A stretch of DNA of 64,000 nt, taken from contig NC_086100.1 in assembly GCF_963921235.1 (NCBI RefSeq), forward strand, positions 200,882,001 through 200,946,000, in the 5' to 3' direction. Under the pieces are notes generated by a model that was not told the origin of the DNA, did no database searches, and was given only the letters and a program-made list of their open reading frames with translations. Both the position numbers and the translations under genes were made by a program. Source of the stretch: Mobula hypostoma (lineage: Eukaryota). Below are positions 33,600-47,199 of the stretch, piece by piece (position 1 is the first letter of the stretch; every line of letters starts with the position of its first letter).

Positions 33600-34410
33600 A
33601 GTTTCAGCTGACTAGTAAGAAAAGACTTGAGGTGGTTGCTATCTTCTTAGCCTTAGAGTTGGGCAAAGAAGTACGCCCTGATTATGTACTGAGGTGTTCT
33701 GATTCATTCTCAGTCTTGACATCTATTAAAACAGGTATTTTAAATTGTAGCAACACACACAAAATACTGGAGGAACTCAGCAGACCAGGCAGCATCTATG
33801 GAAAAGTGTGAACAGTCGGCATTTCAGGCCGAGACCCTTCTTCAGGATTTCAAACTGTAGGCCAGATATTCTTCCTGAGAGGGTCTAGGCGTGTGTAGAC
33901 ATTTCATAACAGGTCCTGCCCATGTTGGGGTTGAATGAAAGGTGGCAGACATTCTAGCCAAGCAATCACTTACTATTAGGGATTCCAATGCAGTGGTGTC
34001 TTTGCCAAAGGGGGAGATGATAATTAAAAAGCCCATTCAATCTCTGTGGCAGCAAAGTTGGGACAATGAAAAGGAAGGACAGAATTTATATAAAACTGAG
34101 AGGGTGGTGGGACCTCAACCGGAGATGGGTACAAGAGGGGCGATGAAGTTATACTTGCACGTTTGTGTATTGGACATAACAGGTTGAATCAACCTTGTTC
34201 AGAATTAATATACATGATACGGACATTTGTAGGGAGTGCACTTGTGTAGAAATGGTGCAACGTACATTGTTTGAACGCAGGTCCTCCAAGGAGCAGAGGA
34301 ACCATCTAATTCTGAAATTGAGATCTTTGGGACAGATCCGGTTTAACAGGAAAATTTTGTTAGAGTATCACTGCCATCGGAATGTATATAAGTACATATC
34401 TGACTATCTT
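33600..34410 (+). mobile_element. Nimb/I-clade LINE relic (RNase H + Cys knuckle); probable 3' end displaced to about 41350-41460
   Basis: EVVAIFLAL..CSDSFSVL..PAHVGVE..ADILAKQSL; 3' motif CAGTAGGTGGCAATAATGCAC + (ATA)n at 41412-41460. Confidence 0.65.
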
Positions 34411-36595
34411 ATTGTAGGCCCATCAAGTCTGCTCTGCCATTCAATCATGGGTTGATCTAATTCTTCCAGTCATCCCCACTCCCCTGCCTTCTCCCCATAC
34501 CTTTTGATGCCCTGGCTAATCAAGAACCTATCTATCTCTGCCTTAAATACACCCAATGACTTGGTCTCCACGGCCACTCATGGCAACAAATTCCACAGAT
34601 CTACCACCCTCTGACTAAAGTAATTTCTCCGTATCTCTGTTCTAAATGGACGTCCTTCAACCCTGAAGTTGTGCCCTCTTGTCCTAGACTCCCCTACCAT
34701 GGGAAATAACTTTGTCATATCTAATCTGTTCAGGCCTTTTAACATTTGGAATGTTTCGATGAGATCCCCCTTCATTCTCCTGAACTCCAGGGAATACAGC
34801 CCAAGAGCTGCCAGACGTTCCTCACCTGGTAACCCTTTCATTGCAGGAATCATTCTTGTGAATCTTCTCTGAACCCTTTCCAATGTCAGTGTATCCTTTC
34901 TAAAATAAGGAGCCCAAAACTGCACACAAAGAGAGATGTTATGGATGTGATGGGAGGTGAGGACCTCGATACAATAGCTATCACTAAACAAGTAGTGCTA
35001 AGCAAACTTGTGGGCCTGAAGATAGACAAGTCTTCTGGTCATGATGGAATGCATGCCAGGGTACAGACAGAAATGGCAGAAGTTATAGTAGAGGCTTCAG
35101 TGATAATTTAACAAAATTATCTGGACTCTGGGCAGGTCCCTGAAGATTGGAAGATGGCAAATGTCACACCACTGTTCAAAAATAGATCTAGGCAAAAATT
35201 AGGTGACTATAGGCCTGTTAGTTTAACATCTGCGGTTGGGAAAATGCTTAAAGCTATCATTAAAGAAGAAATAGCGAGGCATCAGGCAGACACAGCATGG
35301 ACTTAGCGAAGGTAGGCCCTGTTTTACAAACTTACTGGAGCTATTTGAGGATATAATGAGCGCAGTGGATAGAGGGGAACTGATGGGCATTATTTACTTG
35401 GATTTCCAGAATGCATTCGATAAGGTGCCACATAAAAGACTTATCCATAAGATAAGGATGCATAGAGTTGAGGGTGATGTATTAGCATGGATAGTAGATT
35501 GGTTAACCAATGGAAAGCAGTGGTGAGCAGTGTGCCGCAGGGGCTGGTGCTGGGCCTGCAGCTGTCCACGATATACATTAACAATCTGGAAGAGGGGACA
35601 CGAATGTAGTGTATCTAAGTTTGCTGATGACACTAAATTGAGTCGAAAAGCAAATTGTGCAGAGGATATAGAGAGTCTGCAGAGAGATATAGATGGCTTA
35701 AGTGAGTGGGCAAGGGTCTGACAGATGGAGTACAATGTTAGTAAATGCGATGTCGTCCACTTTGGAAGGAAAAATGAAAGCACAGATTATTAATTAAATG
35801 GTAATAAATTGCGGCATGCTGCTGTGCAGAGGGACTTGGGAGTGCTTGTATATGAGTCACTAAAGGTTGGTTTGCAGGTGCAGCAGGCTATCAAGAAGGC
35901 AAATGGAACGTTGGCCTTCATTGTTAGAGGGATTGAATTCAAGAGCAGCGAGGTTATGCTGCAACTATACAGGGTACTGGTGAGGCCATACTTGGAGTAC
36001 TGCATGCAGTTCTGGTCTCTTTACCAGAAGGATATACTGGCTTTGGAAGTGGTGCAGAGGAGGTTCCAGAGATGAGGGGGTTAGACTATGAGGAGAGATT
36101 GAGTCACCTCGGACTGTACTGGCTGGAATTCAGAAGAATGAGAGATCTTAGAGAAACATATAAATGATGAAAGGGATAGATAAGATAGAGGCAGGAAAGG
36201 TGTTTCCACTGGTAGTGAGACTAGAACTAGGGGGAGTAGATTTAGGACGGCGATGAGGAGGAACTGCTTTTCCCAGAGAGTGGTGAATCTGTGAAATTCT
36301 CTGTCCAATGAAGCAGTGGAGGGTTCCTCAGTAAATATATCTAAGACAAGTTGGAATAGATTTTTGCATAGTAGGGAAATTAAAGGTTATGGGGAAAAGG
36401 CAGGTAGGTGGAGATGACCAGATCAGCCAGGATCTTATTGAATAGTGGAGCAGGCTTGATGGGCCAGATGGCCGACTCCTGCTCCAATTTCTTATGTTCT
36501 TATGACACCCCTCTATGCTGAGGCTGTGTCCTCTGGTCCTTGACTCTCTTACCGAAGGAAACATCCTCTCCATGTCCACACTATCAGGGCCTTTC

Positions 36596-36896
36596 TTTTT
36601 TTTTTGCGTATGCCTGCGTGCGTGTGAGTCTGTGTGTGTGTGTGCGTGTGTGCATCTGTGATGATGTCTTTTTCATGGCTTTTACAAGGCGCGGAGCAAA
36701 AGAGAGAGACTGTGTGGCGCGCCACTCCTCACACAGATATTTTTCGCAGTATTTCTCCCTTTGTTTTACGAGGTTGAGTTGCGACCTCGACGCTCAACCC
36801 GGCGCGGATGGAAAGCGTACTCGGGAGCAGACCTGACTAGTTTCGAACCCGGGAACCTCCGCTCCCGGGTCCAGTGCCGATGCCACCAGACGGCCC
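36596..36896 (-). mobile_element. tRNA-derived SINE
   Basis: Head GGCCGTCTGGTGGCA (A box) ... GGTTCGAAAC (B box), poly(A) tail, 15-bp TSD CTATCARGGCCTTTC (36581-36595, 36897-36911). Confidence 0.85.
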
Positions 36897-37033
36897 CTAT
36901 CAAGGCCTTTCAACATTCAATAGGTTTTAATTAGGTCACACCTTATTCTTCTAAATTCCCAGAGCTCTTCATGTGAAAAGCCTTTCAGTCCCAGAATCAT
37001 TTTCATGAACCTTCTTTGAACCCTCTCCAGTTT

Positions 37034-37546
37034 AGTCATAGTCATAGTCATACTTTATTAATCCCGGGGGAAATTGGTTTTCGTTACAGTTGCTCCATAA
37101 ATAATAAATAGTAATAGAACCATAAATAGCTAAATAGTAATATGTAAATTATGCCAATAAATTATGAAATGTCCAGGACCAGCCTATTGGCTCAGGGTGT
37201 CTGACCCTCCAAGGGAGGAGTTGTAAAGTTTGATGGCCACAGGCAGGAATGACTTCCTATGACGCTCTGTGTTGCATCTCGGTGGAATGAGCCTCTGGCT
37301 GAATGTACTCCTGTGCCCACCCAGTACATTATGTAGTAGATGGGAGACATTGACCAAGATGGCATGCAACTTAGACAGCATCCTCTTTTCAGACACCACC
37401 TTGAGAGAGTCCAGTTCCATCCCCACAACATCACTGGCCTTACGAATGAGTTTGTTGATTCTGTTGGTGTCTGCTACCCTCAGCCTGCTGCCCCAGCACA
37501 CAACAGCAAACATGATCGCACTGGCCACCACAGACTCGCAGCACAT
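37034..37546 (-). mobile_element. Rex1/Babar LINE 3' fragment
   Basis: ESVVASAIMFAVVCWG...TERHRKSFLPVAIKLYN; (GACTAT)n tail. Confidence 0.85.
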
Positions 37547-38358
37547 CCCTTCTAAGATAATGCTAACATTGCATTTTGCCTTCCTCGCCACAGACTCAAT
37601 CTGCAAATTAACATTTAGGGAATCCTGCACAAAGACTCCCAAGTCCCAAGCACCTCAGGTTTTTAAATTTTCTCTCTGTTTAGAAAATAGTCAACCCTTT
37701 TATGGAGGGGGCTAGTCCTCGGTCGTAGTGAGCACTAGGCCTGAAGCCTCAGTGCCGCCTTTTTCACATTTGTCTGGAATGAGGGGATGAAGCTGTTGCC
37801 CTTCATCGGGGGCAGTAGATACATGAAGTTGGTGCTGCCCTCCCAGGGTTTTGCTCGACAGAAGACAAGCTTCGTGGTGACTGAAGATTTCAAAGAACTG
37901 AGGGATCTGGATTATACACATATGTATTTGTGTGGCAGTGCTTCTACTAATATTCTATATGTGCTTGTAAATGTGAGAGCTGGGCCTCAAACCCGCGGAT
38001 TTGTCTCACTGGAGTCGGGCATCGGGGTGAGAACTGGGGCTCAGAGCCATGATGTCACCTCGTGGGCATCAGAGGCCTGTCGACAGATGATATTGCTGGG
38101 CTGGGGGGTGTGGGTCTGGGCTCTATATGCATATTCTGCATCATTGTATTTTTACTGAAATTCTGTATGGGTTTGTTGACTTGTATGTGTGAGGACTGTG
38201 CATCAACTCACAGCATCACAAAGGAGGGAGTGGTCTTATTACGTGATTGTGGTCTTGTGTGTGCTCGCTGTGTCTGGCTGTTAATAATGTATTTTTGCAC
38301 CTTGACCCTGTACATGAGTATTCATGTATAGCAAAGCTAAAACAAAAATAACACGGCA

Positions 38359-39060
38359 ATGGCCTTAATCAGGGAAGCTGATGAATTTGATATTGCTAAT
38401 GAGGACTGGGAATCGTATACCGAGAGGGTTGAACTGTTTTGTAATACTAACAATGTGGATGAGGTAAAGAAAATCTCCACACTTCTTAGCTTAACGGGTG
38501 CTAGAATTATATAGTCTCTTCAGCAATTTAGTTACTCCTGAAAAGCAAGCAAGTAGGACATTCAACAAAATTGTTGCAATTTTGCAAAGTCACTTGAACC
38601 CAAAACTGCTAGTAATAGCTGTGACATTTAGATTTCACCAAAGACACCGGTCAAAGGACGAAAGCATTTCTGAATATATTGCAGAACTGTGCAAACTTTC
38701 CCAATACTGTGACTTTAGTGATGGACTTTCTAATGCGTTAAGGGATAGGGTTGTATGTGGAATGCATAGTCAAAACACTCAGAAGAGGCTACTGCCTGAA
38801 AGACCTAACCTTAGAATGGGCATCGACCTTTGCAATATTGTTAGAGACTGCAGAAAAGAATGCAGCAGAACTACAGGAAAAGAGTTTAGAATGTAAAATG
38901 CACAAAATGTCCCTGAATGGTCCCTAAAAAACCAAAAATTTTATCGATGTGATAAATACTCCCATGATGCAAATGAATGTTGGTTCAAAGAAAAGGCTTG
39001 CTGAAAGTGTCATAGACAAGGCCACATAGAGACAGTGTGCAAGGCAACAAAAAGCACAAC
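38359..39060 (+). mobile_element. Ty3/Gypsy gag relic
   Basis: FDIANEDWESYTERVELF...FRFHQR...ESISEYIAEL...LRDRVVCG; two degraded CCHC knuckles. Confidence 0.75.
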
Positions 39061-39929
39061 CAAAGATAAAAAATAACATACAGAAGAAAATGTTTCAAAT
39101 CAAATCAAATCATATTTAATTATCATTCAGACCCTATATGGATGCAGTTGAACGAGACAGCATTCCTCCAGGCCCAGGTGCGTAACATATGTTCAAAATA
39201 GTGAGAGAAGAAAACAACAACTCACATTGTTATGTAAGAAAACATATGTATAGTCCAGTTTCTGAGTGACATGCAATTGATGGTACAGCTCCAAGCAATC
39301 CCGCCTGTCATTCCTCCAGTCAAACACTGGAGGGCAGCACTGATGGGAGAAGCCATCTCCTATCTGAACATGGGTGCCATGCTACACTGTCTCCAGCGTT
39401 GTCTCACCTGGACTGCAACAGCAGGCAAGCCCGCTTGAGGCCTAGTCCTTGCTGCAATCAAGGCCACACTGCTGCCTCATCGCCTGTCTTGTCACCAAAC
39501 AAGGGAAACAAGCCTGCAGCATTTCACATTATCAATGTCCAACAGAGTCTTGTGATCGCAAGAAAATCATCCAAAACTGTCATTTATGGTTACACTGCAC
39601 GCAACTTTCATGCACCAACTCTGACATCTTTGAGTAGCAGGCAGCAGCATCATCTGTTATGGTCCGGTCCGTGATGTCCGCATTCCAGTTCACGGTCCGG
39701 TCCGTGGATTCCGTACTCCGGTTATGTCCCAGCTCTATGTCCTGTGTCCAAGAAGGAGCCCCGGCTCAGTGTTATGTGTCCTGTATCTAAGTCAAGTCTG
39801 TTCCAAGTCCAAGTCAAGAGTGAAGTTCCGAGTCAAGAGTACAGACACAACAAACCATGCTAACTACAGCCGATTTTATCATGTGCCTTCAAGTACCCTG
39901 AAACCACATCCTTAACAATTGACCCCTAA

Positions 39930-41345
39930 ATCTTCCCAACCACTGAGGTCAGACCAACAGGTCTCTATAATTTCCTTTCTTTTGCCTCTCTCTTCTTGAA
40001 GAGTGGAATGATATTTACAATTCTCAAGTCTTCCAGAACCATTCCAGAATCAATTGATTCTTGAAAGATCATTACTAATGCATCCACAATCTCTTTAGCC
40101 ACCTCTTTCAGAAAATGGGGTGTACACCATCTGGTCCAAGTGACTTATCTACCTTCAGATCTTTCAGTTTCCCAAAATCTTTCTCCCTAGTATTGGCAGC
40201 TTCACACACTTCTGCCCCCGACACTCTTGAACTTCTGTCATACTGCTCGTATTTTCCATAGTGAAGACTGATGCAAAGTATTTATTCCATTCGTCCGCAA
40301 TTTCCTTGTCCCCCATTACTACCTCTCCAGCATCGTTTTCTAGCAGTCCAATAACCACTCTCGTCTCTCATCTTCACTTGATGTACCTGAAGAAACTTTT
40401 GTTATCCTCTTTAAGAGCTTCCCAATCCTCTAACTTCCCACTAATGTTTGCTCTCTTATATGCTCTCTCTTTGGCTTTGACTTCTCTTGTTAGCCATAGT
40501 TGTGTCACCTTGCATTTAGAATATTTCTTCCTCTTTGGGATGTATATCTCCTGTGCCTTCCACATTGCTTCCAGAAATTTCAGCTGTTGCTGCTCTGCCG
40601 TCATCCCTGCCAGTGTTCTTTTCCAATTAATTTTGGCCAACTCATTTCTCAAGCCTCTGAAATTCTCTTTACTCCACTGTAATACTGATACATCTGATTT
40701 TATCTCCTCCTTCTCAAACTGCAGGGTGAATTTTATCATATTATGATCACTTGTCGCTAAGGTTCCTTTATCTTAAGCTCTCTAATTAATTCTGGTTCAT
40801 TGCACAACACCTTGGTCTCAACCGGGAGTTGCTCTAAAAAGCCATCTTGTAGACACTCTAGAAATTACCCCTCTTAGGATTCGGCACGAACCTGGTTTTC
40901 CCAGTCTACCTGCATATTGAAATCCCCCATGACTATTGTAACATAGCCCTTTTGACATGCCTTTTCTATTTCCTGTTGTAATTTGTAGACCACATCCTTA
41001 CTACTGTTGGGTTCTATTTCTAACTCCCATCAGGGTCTTTTTTACCCTTGAGTTCCTCAGTTCTACCCACAATGATTCAACACTTTTGGACTCTATGTCA
41101 CCTCTTTCTGATGATTTGATTTCATTTTTTTACCAACAGAGCTACACACCCCTTCTGCCAACCTGTCCATCCTTTTGGTACAATGCGTATCTTTGGACAT
41201 CAAACTCCCAGCTATAGTCTTTTCTCAGTGATGCCTACAACATCATCCGTGCCAATCTACAACCATGTTACAAGTTCATCTACCTTGTTCTGTGTACTGC
41301 GCACATTCAAAAGTAAACTCCTTCATCCTGTATCTACCCTTTTCG
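39930..41345 (-). mobile_element. CR1 ORF2 fragment
   Basis: MIKFTLQFEKE..., EIADEWNKYFASVFT. Confidence 0.8.
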
Positions 41346-41469
41346 ATTTGAGATTTTTTTTGTGGAGGGGAAATTAGTGGGTATACTTTCTGTCTTTGCT
41401 CCACACTGCAACAGTAGGTGGCAATAATGCACTTACGTTGGTCTATGATAATAATAATAATCAGCGTTA

Positions 41470-43648
41470 GTCTTGGCCCAAATTTTTAAAAAATTCAACT
41501 GCACTCACCATAAATGTTTTCAGAGAAGTACAATCCATCTGTTGTTGTGATTGGTGGTGAAAGCATCAATGATTTTCTGGATGTCACTGTCTGTCCTTGC
41601 TTTTGTTTTATTTCCAGCAGACGCCGAACCTGATGTAGCTCTGCAGTCAGTTTCACTTCAGTCACTCCATAGTATTGGGCCATTAGCCAAAGACAATTCT
41701 TGTCTAAGAAGAACTTGTGTTTGGGACTCAATGCTGAGACTCCAGTCAGAACACCCCCAGTCTCAACTGAGAACCGTCTTTTCATTTCAGTCAGAAGTCT
41801 GGCTATAACTGGATAGAAACAGTGGTTGTGAAGGTCATCAGAGGATGTGACAGGCGTGCATTCAGTCTGGGCCTCAACAACAAAATCATGTAGGCGGCAG
41901 GGTGGCTGGGCCTGTCTCCTTTCATGTGGTCTGCTCTGTATACCGGCCTTGACGCACAGGTCCCTAGCTCTTGTCTGAATTTCACTCCATGATTCCTCTC
42001 CCAGTTTTGCTGAGAGTGCATCGATAACAGGCTGAGCCAATTCCACAGCGGATGAAAGTTCCAAACTGGGAGATTGTAGCTGGTCTGACATGAACTTGGT
42101 GATTCAGAATAAATCCTCAAACAGAGTGAGAAGTAAAGCAAACTGCTCGTCAATCAGTCCATTTACAGCTCTGGCCTCCATTTTCCTCCGTGTATTTGGT
42201 TGACCCATAATATCCTGTAGTGTAGCTAGAATGGCAGGGAGTGATTTCCTTATAGCTCACAAAGCTGTATACTGCCATGCCCAGCGTATATCTAACAATT
42301 TCTTCAACTCCTCAGGCTGTGCAGTTGATTCCAGTTCTCTCTGTTTCTTCATGAAAAGATCATGGGCAACAGAGTTTGAAAAGAAGTTGTAAAGCAGCTG
42401 CACAGTTTCAATATAATGCCTGCGGGACCTCTTTCCTGAACCTCTCTTGTACCCCATTATTGCACCCGGACATCACTGCCGCCCCGTCATAACACTGACC
42501 TATACACGCGTTCGTATCAATAACACACTGGGTGAGTGTCTGTTCAATGCTTTTAAGAAGCGACTCTGCGTCCAACCCTTCTACTGGAGTGAAGTGCAAG
42601 AATTCTTCAAGCACTGTTTCGTTATTCAAATACCGCACCACCACTGATATTTTCTCCTTTTCACTCAAGTCTTTACTTTCATCCACCATGATGGCAAAAT
42701 ATCCAGCCTCCTTGATTTCTGCACTTACTTGACATCTGACCATATCTGCCATAATACCCATAATTTCATTTTGGATATCGTGATGGGTGGTTCTTGCATT
42801 TCCAGGATTGTCCTCTATTTTTTTAGCTACAGTCTTAACAAGCTTCTCAATTACACTGAGCAACTCAACAAAGTTTCACGTATTGCCAGATGAATCATCC
42901 TCCAGGTGTGCTAGCTGTGCAATGCCTTGGCACGCAGTATAGCGTAGAGACTCAACCACTGCTCTCACGATTTCACGATTTTCTTGGACAATCTTTACAT
43001 GTCCTTTATTTTCTGAATCCCGCTTCATTTCTTGTTCCTGTACTTGGCCCTCAAACTCCTTCGATGAACTGCTGTCGTCCTCATCCCCACTTACTTCTTT
43101 CTGCATGTCACTTTCAATTAAGACAGGCTCAGGCTGAGACACCACTGATTCCTCTGGATGAGGTCATTTTCTGACTAAAAATCGATCCATTCTTCATGTC
43201 GGCCAAAATAATGCACGTGCCAGGCCCACGCTCGCTTGTAAAAGCACAATGTGCACGTGTGGCATCCGTTGATCTCGCGAGACCATGAATCTGTGCCTCA
43301 ATGTATACTATCAATCTCTCGCGTGAGTGAGAGTGAGTGACATCACCACCTTAAGTGATCTTAGATCAGCTTAACTGATCGGAGGACAGCAACGGCAAGA
43401 CATTGACAACGAAAAATAAGCAGAAGTGTAGAGTGGATCTGACAGAGTTTATAACTTTATTGCTGCGTGGGTGCTATGGTAATTGGGGGATCTGTTTCAC
43501 TAGATCAACTGGAGAAACAAGCTGTATTCAAAACTATACGGAGAAAGCAAAGCAGCTGCAGTTAATTTCTTGGTGGTGTTATGGTGGGGCTATTGCAACT
43601 TCTGCAGGGGCTATAGCCCCAGCTAGCACCATCTTATCGCCGCCCCTG
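41470..43648 (-). mobile_element. Degenerate hAT DNA transposon (ZMYM1/DUF4371-type transposase)
   Basis: IQNEIMGIMA..FAIMVDESKD..ISVVVRY..GQCYDGAAVMSG; terminus CAGGGGCGGCG at 43648; other end not found. Confidence 0.82.
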
Positions 43649-43669
43649 CGCTGAACAGAATTGATATTA

Positions 43670-46600
43670 GACCATAAGACATCGAAGCAGAATTAGGCCA
43701 TTCAGCCCATCAGTGTGCTCCGCCATTCCATCATGGCTGATCCCAGATCCCACTCAACCCCATGCACCTGCCTTCTCACCATATCCTTTGATGCCCTGAC
43801 CAATCAGGAAATGATCAACTTCTGCCTTAAAAACGCACGGATGTGGCCTCCACCACAGTCTGTGGCAGAGCAATCCACCAATTTACTACTCTCTGGCTAA
43901 AATAATTCCTCCTTACCTCTGTTTGAAAAGTTCACCCCTCAGTTTTGAGGCTGTGCCCTCTAGTTGTGGACACCCCCACCATAGGAAACATCCTCTCCAC
44001 ATCCACCCCATCTAGTCCTTTCAACTTTCAGTAGGTTTCGATGAGATCCCCCCGCATTCTTCTAAATTCCAGTAAGTACAGGCCCAAAGTCGCCAAACGT
44101 CCCTCATTTGTTAACCCCTTCATCCCCAGAATCACTCTGATGAATCTTCTCTGGACTCTCTCCAATGACAATATCTTTTCAGAGAAATGGGGCCCAAAAC
44201 TGTTGACAATACTCCTTGTGGCCTGACTAGTGTCTTATAAAGGCTCAGAACTATCTCCTTGCTTTTATACTCTATTCCCCTTGAAGTAAATGGCAACATC
44301 ACATTTGCCTTCTTTACCACTGACTCAACCTGTAAATTAATCTTCTGGGAGTCTTGCACAAGGACTCCCAAGTCCCTCTGCACCTCTGATGTTTGAACAT
44401 TTCCCCCATTTAGATAGTAGTCCGCACGATTGGTCCTTTTAGCAAAATGCATTATCATATATTTCCCAACATTGTATTCCATCTGCCACCTTTTTGCCCA
44501 TTCTTCCAATCCGTCCAAGTCCTGCTACAATCGCATTGCTTCCTCAGCACTACCTACCCCTCCACCTATCTTTGTATCATCCACAAACTTTGCCACAAAG
44601 CCATCAATTCCATTATCCAAATCATTGACAAACAAGGTGAAAAGTAGTGATCCCAACACTGACCCCTGAGGAACAGCACTAGTCACTGGCAGCCAACCAG
44701 AAAAGGCCCCCTTTATTCCCACTCACTGCTTCCTGCCTGTCAGCTGTTCCTCTATCATGCCAGTATCTTTCCTGTAATGCCTTTGCCCAACTGTAATGCC
44801 ATGATTTCTCGATAATCACGCGAGGCACCTTATCTAATGCCTTCTGAAAATCCAAGTAAATGCCATCCACTGCTTCTCCTTTGTCTACCTTGCTTGTTAC
44901 TTCCTCGAAGAACTCCAACAGATTTGACAGGCAAGATTTCGCTTCACAGAAACCATGCTGCCTTTGATTCATTTTATCATTAGTCTCCAAGTACCTCGAA
45001 ACCTCATCTTTAATAATAAACTCTTACACTTTCCCAACCACTGAAGTTAGGCTAACTGGCCTATAAATTCCTTTCTTTTGCCTTCCTCCCTTCTTAAAAA
45101 GTGGAATGACATTTGTAATTTTCAGGTCCTCCGGGACCATGCCAGAATCAAGTGATTCTTGAAAGATCATGACCAATGCATCTGTTATCTCTTCAGCAAC
45201 CTCTCTCAGGACTCTGGAATGTAGCGTATCTGGTCTAGGCGACTTATCCACCTTAAGATCTTTGAGTTTGTCTAGCACTTTTACACTTCGTAACAGCAAT
45301 GGCACGCTCTCCTGCTCCCTGACACTCACGGACCTCTGGCACACTGCTAGTGTTTTCCACAGTGTAGACTGATGCAAAGTACTAAGTTCATCTGCCACTT
45401 CTTTGTCCCCCAATACTACCTCACCAGCATCATTTTCTAGTGGCCCAATATCAACTCTTACCTCCCTTTTACTTGTTATATAACTGACAACATTTTTGGT
45501 ATCCTGCTTTATATTATTGGCTAGTCTGCCCTCATATTACATCTTTTCCCTTCTTATAGCTTTTTTAGTTGCCTTTTGTTGGATTTTAGAAGCTTCCCAA
45601 TCATCCAACTTCCCACTCACTTTTGCTACCTTATATGCCCTTTCCTTGGCTTCCTTTGTCAGCCATGGTTGCCATTTGAGAACTTCTTCCTCTGTGGGGC
45701 ATAACTATCCCGTGCCTTGTGAACTATTCCCAGAAACTTCAGCCATCTCTGCTCTGCCGTCATCTCTGCCTGTATCCTCCTCCAATCCATCTCGGCAAGC
45801 TCCTCTCTCCCTTTATTCCATTGCAATTCAGATACATGTGAGTTATGTTTCTCCCTCTCAAATTGCACTATGAATTCAATCGTATTATGATCAGTACCTC
45901 CTGAGGGTTCATTTACATTAAGTTCCCTAATAAGATCTGGGATATTACACAACACCCAATCTAAGACAGCCTTTCCCCGAGTAGGCTCAAGCACATATTG
46001 AATATTCCACTTGCATACTGAAGTCTCTCAGGACAATTGTGTCATTACCCTTATTACATGCCCTTTCCAGCTCCCTTTGCAATCTCAACCCCACATCTTG
46101 GCTACTACTTGGAGGCCTTTAAATTATTTCCATAATGTTTTATTAACCATGCAATTTCTTAACTCCACCCACAAAGACTGAACATTCTCTGACCCTATGT
46201 CACCTTTTTCTAAAGATGTAATTCCATCTCTTACCAACAGAGCCACACCACCGCCTGTGCCTTCCTGGCTGACCTTTCGATACAAACTATATCCTTTGAT
46301 GTTAAGCTCTCAACTACGGCCTTCTTTCAGCCATGACTCAGTGATGCCCACAATGTATTACTGACCAATCTCTAATTGCACCCCAAGTTCATCCACCTTA
46401 TTCTGAATGCTACACACATTTAAATACAGAACCTTCGGTCCTACATTCTTCACCATTTTGAATTTTGCCTCTGAGGTACAATTTAACTCTTTGCTCTGTC
46501 TGCATTTGTACCTAATCATTGGCCTGTCCTTCCTTACATTCATGTTACACCCATCATCGACTTGTAAACCTGCTGGCTCATCCTCAGCTCCATCATACTG

Positions 46601-47075
46601 GTTCCCATCCCCCTGCCATAGTAGTTTAAACTATTCCCACCCACAGCTCTAGTAAATCAGCCCACAAGAATATTAGTCCCCCTTGGATTCAAGTGCAACC
46701 CGTCCCTTTTGTACAGGTCTCACCTGCCCCAGAAGAGGTCCCAATTATCCAGAAATCTGAATCCCTACCCCCTGCTGCAATCTCTCAGCCACACATTTAT
46801 CCTCCTCCTCACTCTATTCCTATCCTCACTGTCGCGTGGCACAGGCAGCAATCCTGAGATTACTACCTTTGAGGTCCTGCTTCTCAGCTTCCTTCCTAGC
46901 TCCCTGTATTCTGTTTTCAGGACCTCCTCCCTTTGTCTTCCTATGTCATTGGTACCAATATGTACCACGACTTCTGGCTGCTCACCCTCCCAGGATATTG
47001 TGGATGTGTCCAGGAACATCTCGGACCTTGGCACCTGGGAGACAAACTACCATCTGTGTTTCCTCTTTGCATCCA
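43670..47075 (-). mobile_element. Near full-length degenerate CR1 (ORF1 esterase + APE + RT)
   Basis: VVVHIGTNDIG (46765-47034), LYLNVCSIQNK, EPTRGKAVLDWVL, QGSVLG, KFVDD. Confidence 0.88.
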
Positions 47076-47199
47076 CAGAATATAACTTTAAAGGCAAAGA
47101 ATGGTCACAGCAAACATTGATTTGATTTCATTTTTTACTATTTACTGCTCTTTATATTAATTTTTTGATATTTGGGTATTTCTTTATTTTTGAAAGCAT

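Larger units (their letters stand above)
34415..37700. mobile_element. Cluster of CR1 fragments on both strands
   Basis: Minus 34415-34930, plus 34930-36505 (SKFADDTKL), minus 36505-37700 with nested insertions. Confidence 0.8.

Noticed and set aside
36820..36896. tRNA gene (A and B boxes)
   Set aside because: No full cloverleaf; followed by a body, poly(A) and TSD, so it is a SINE head
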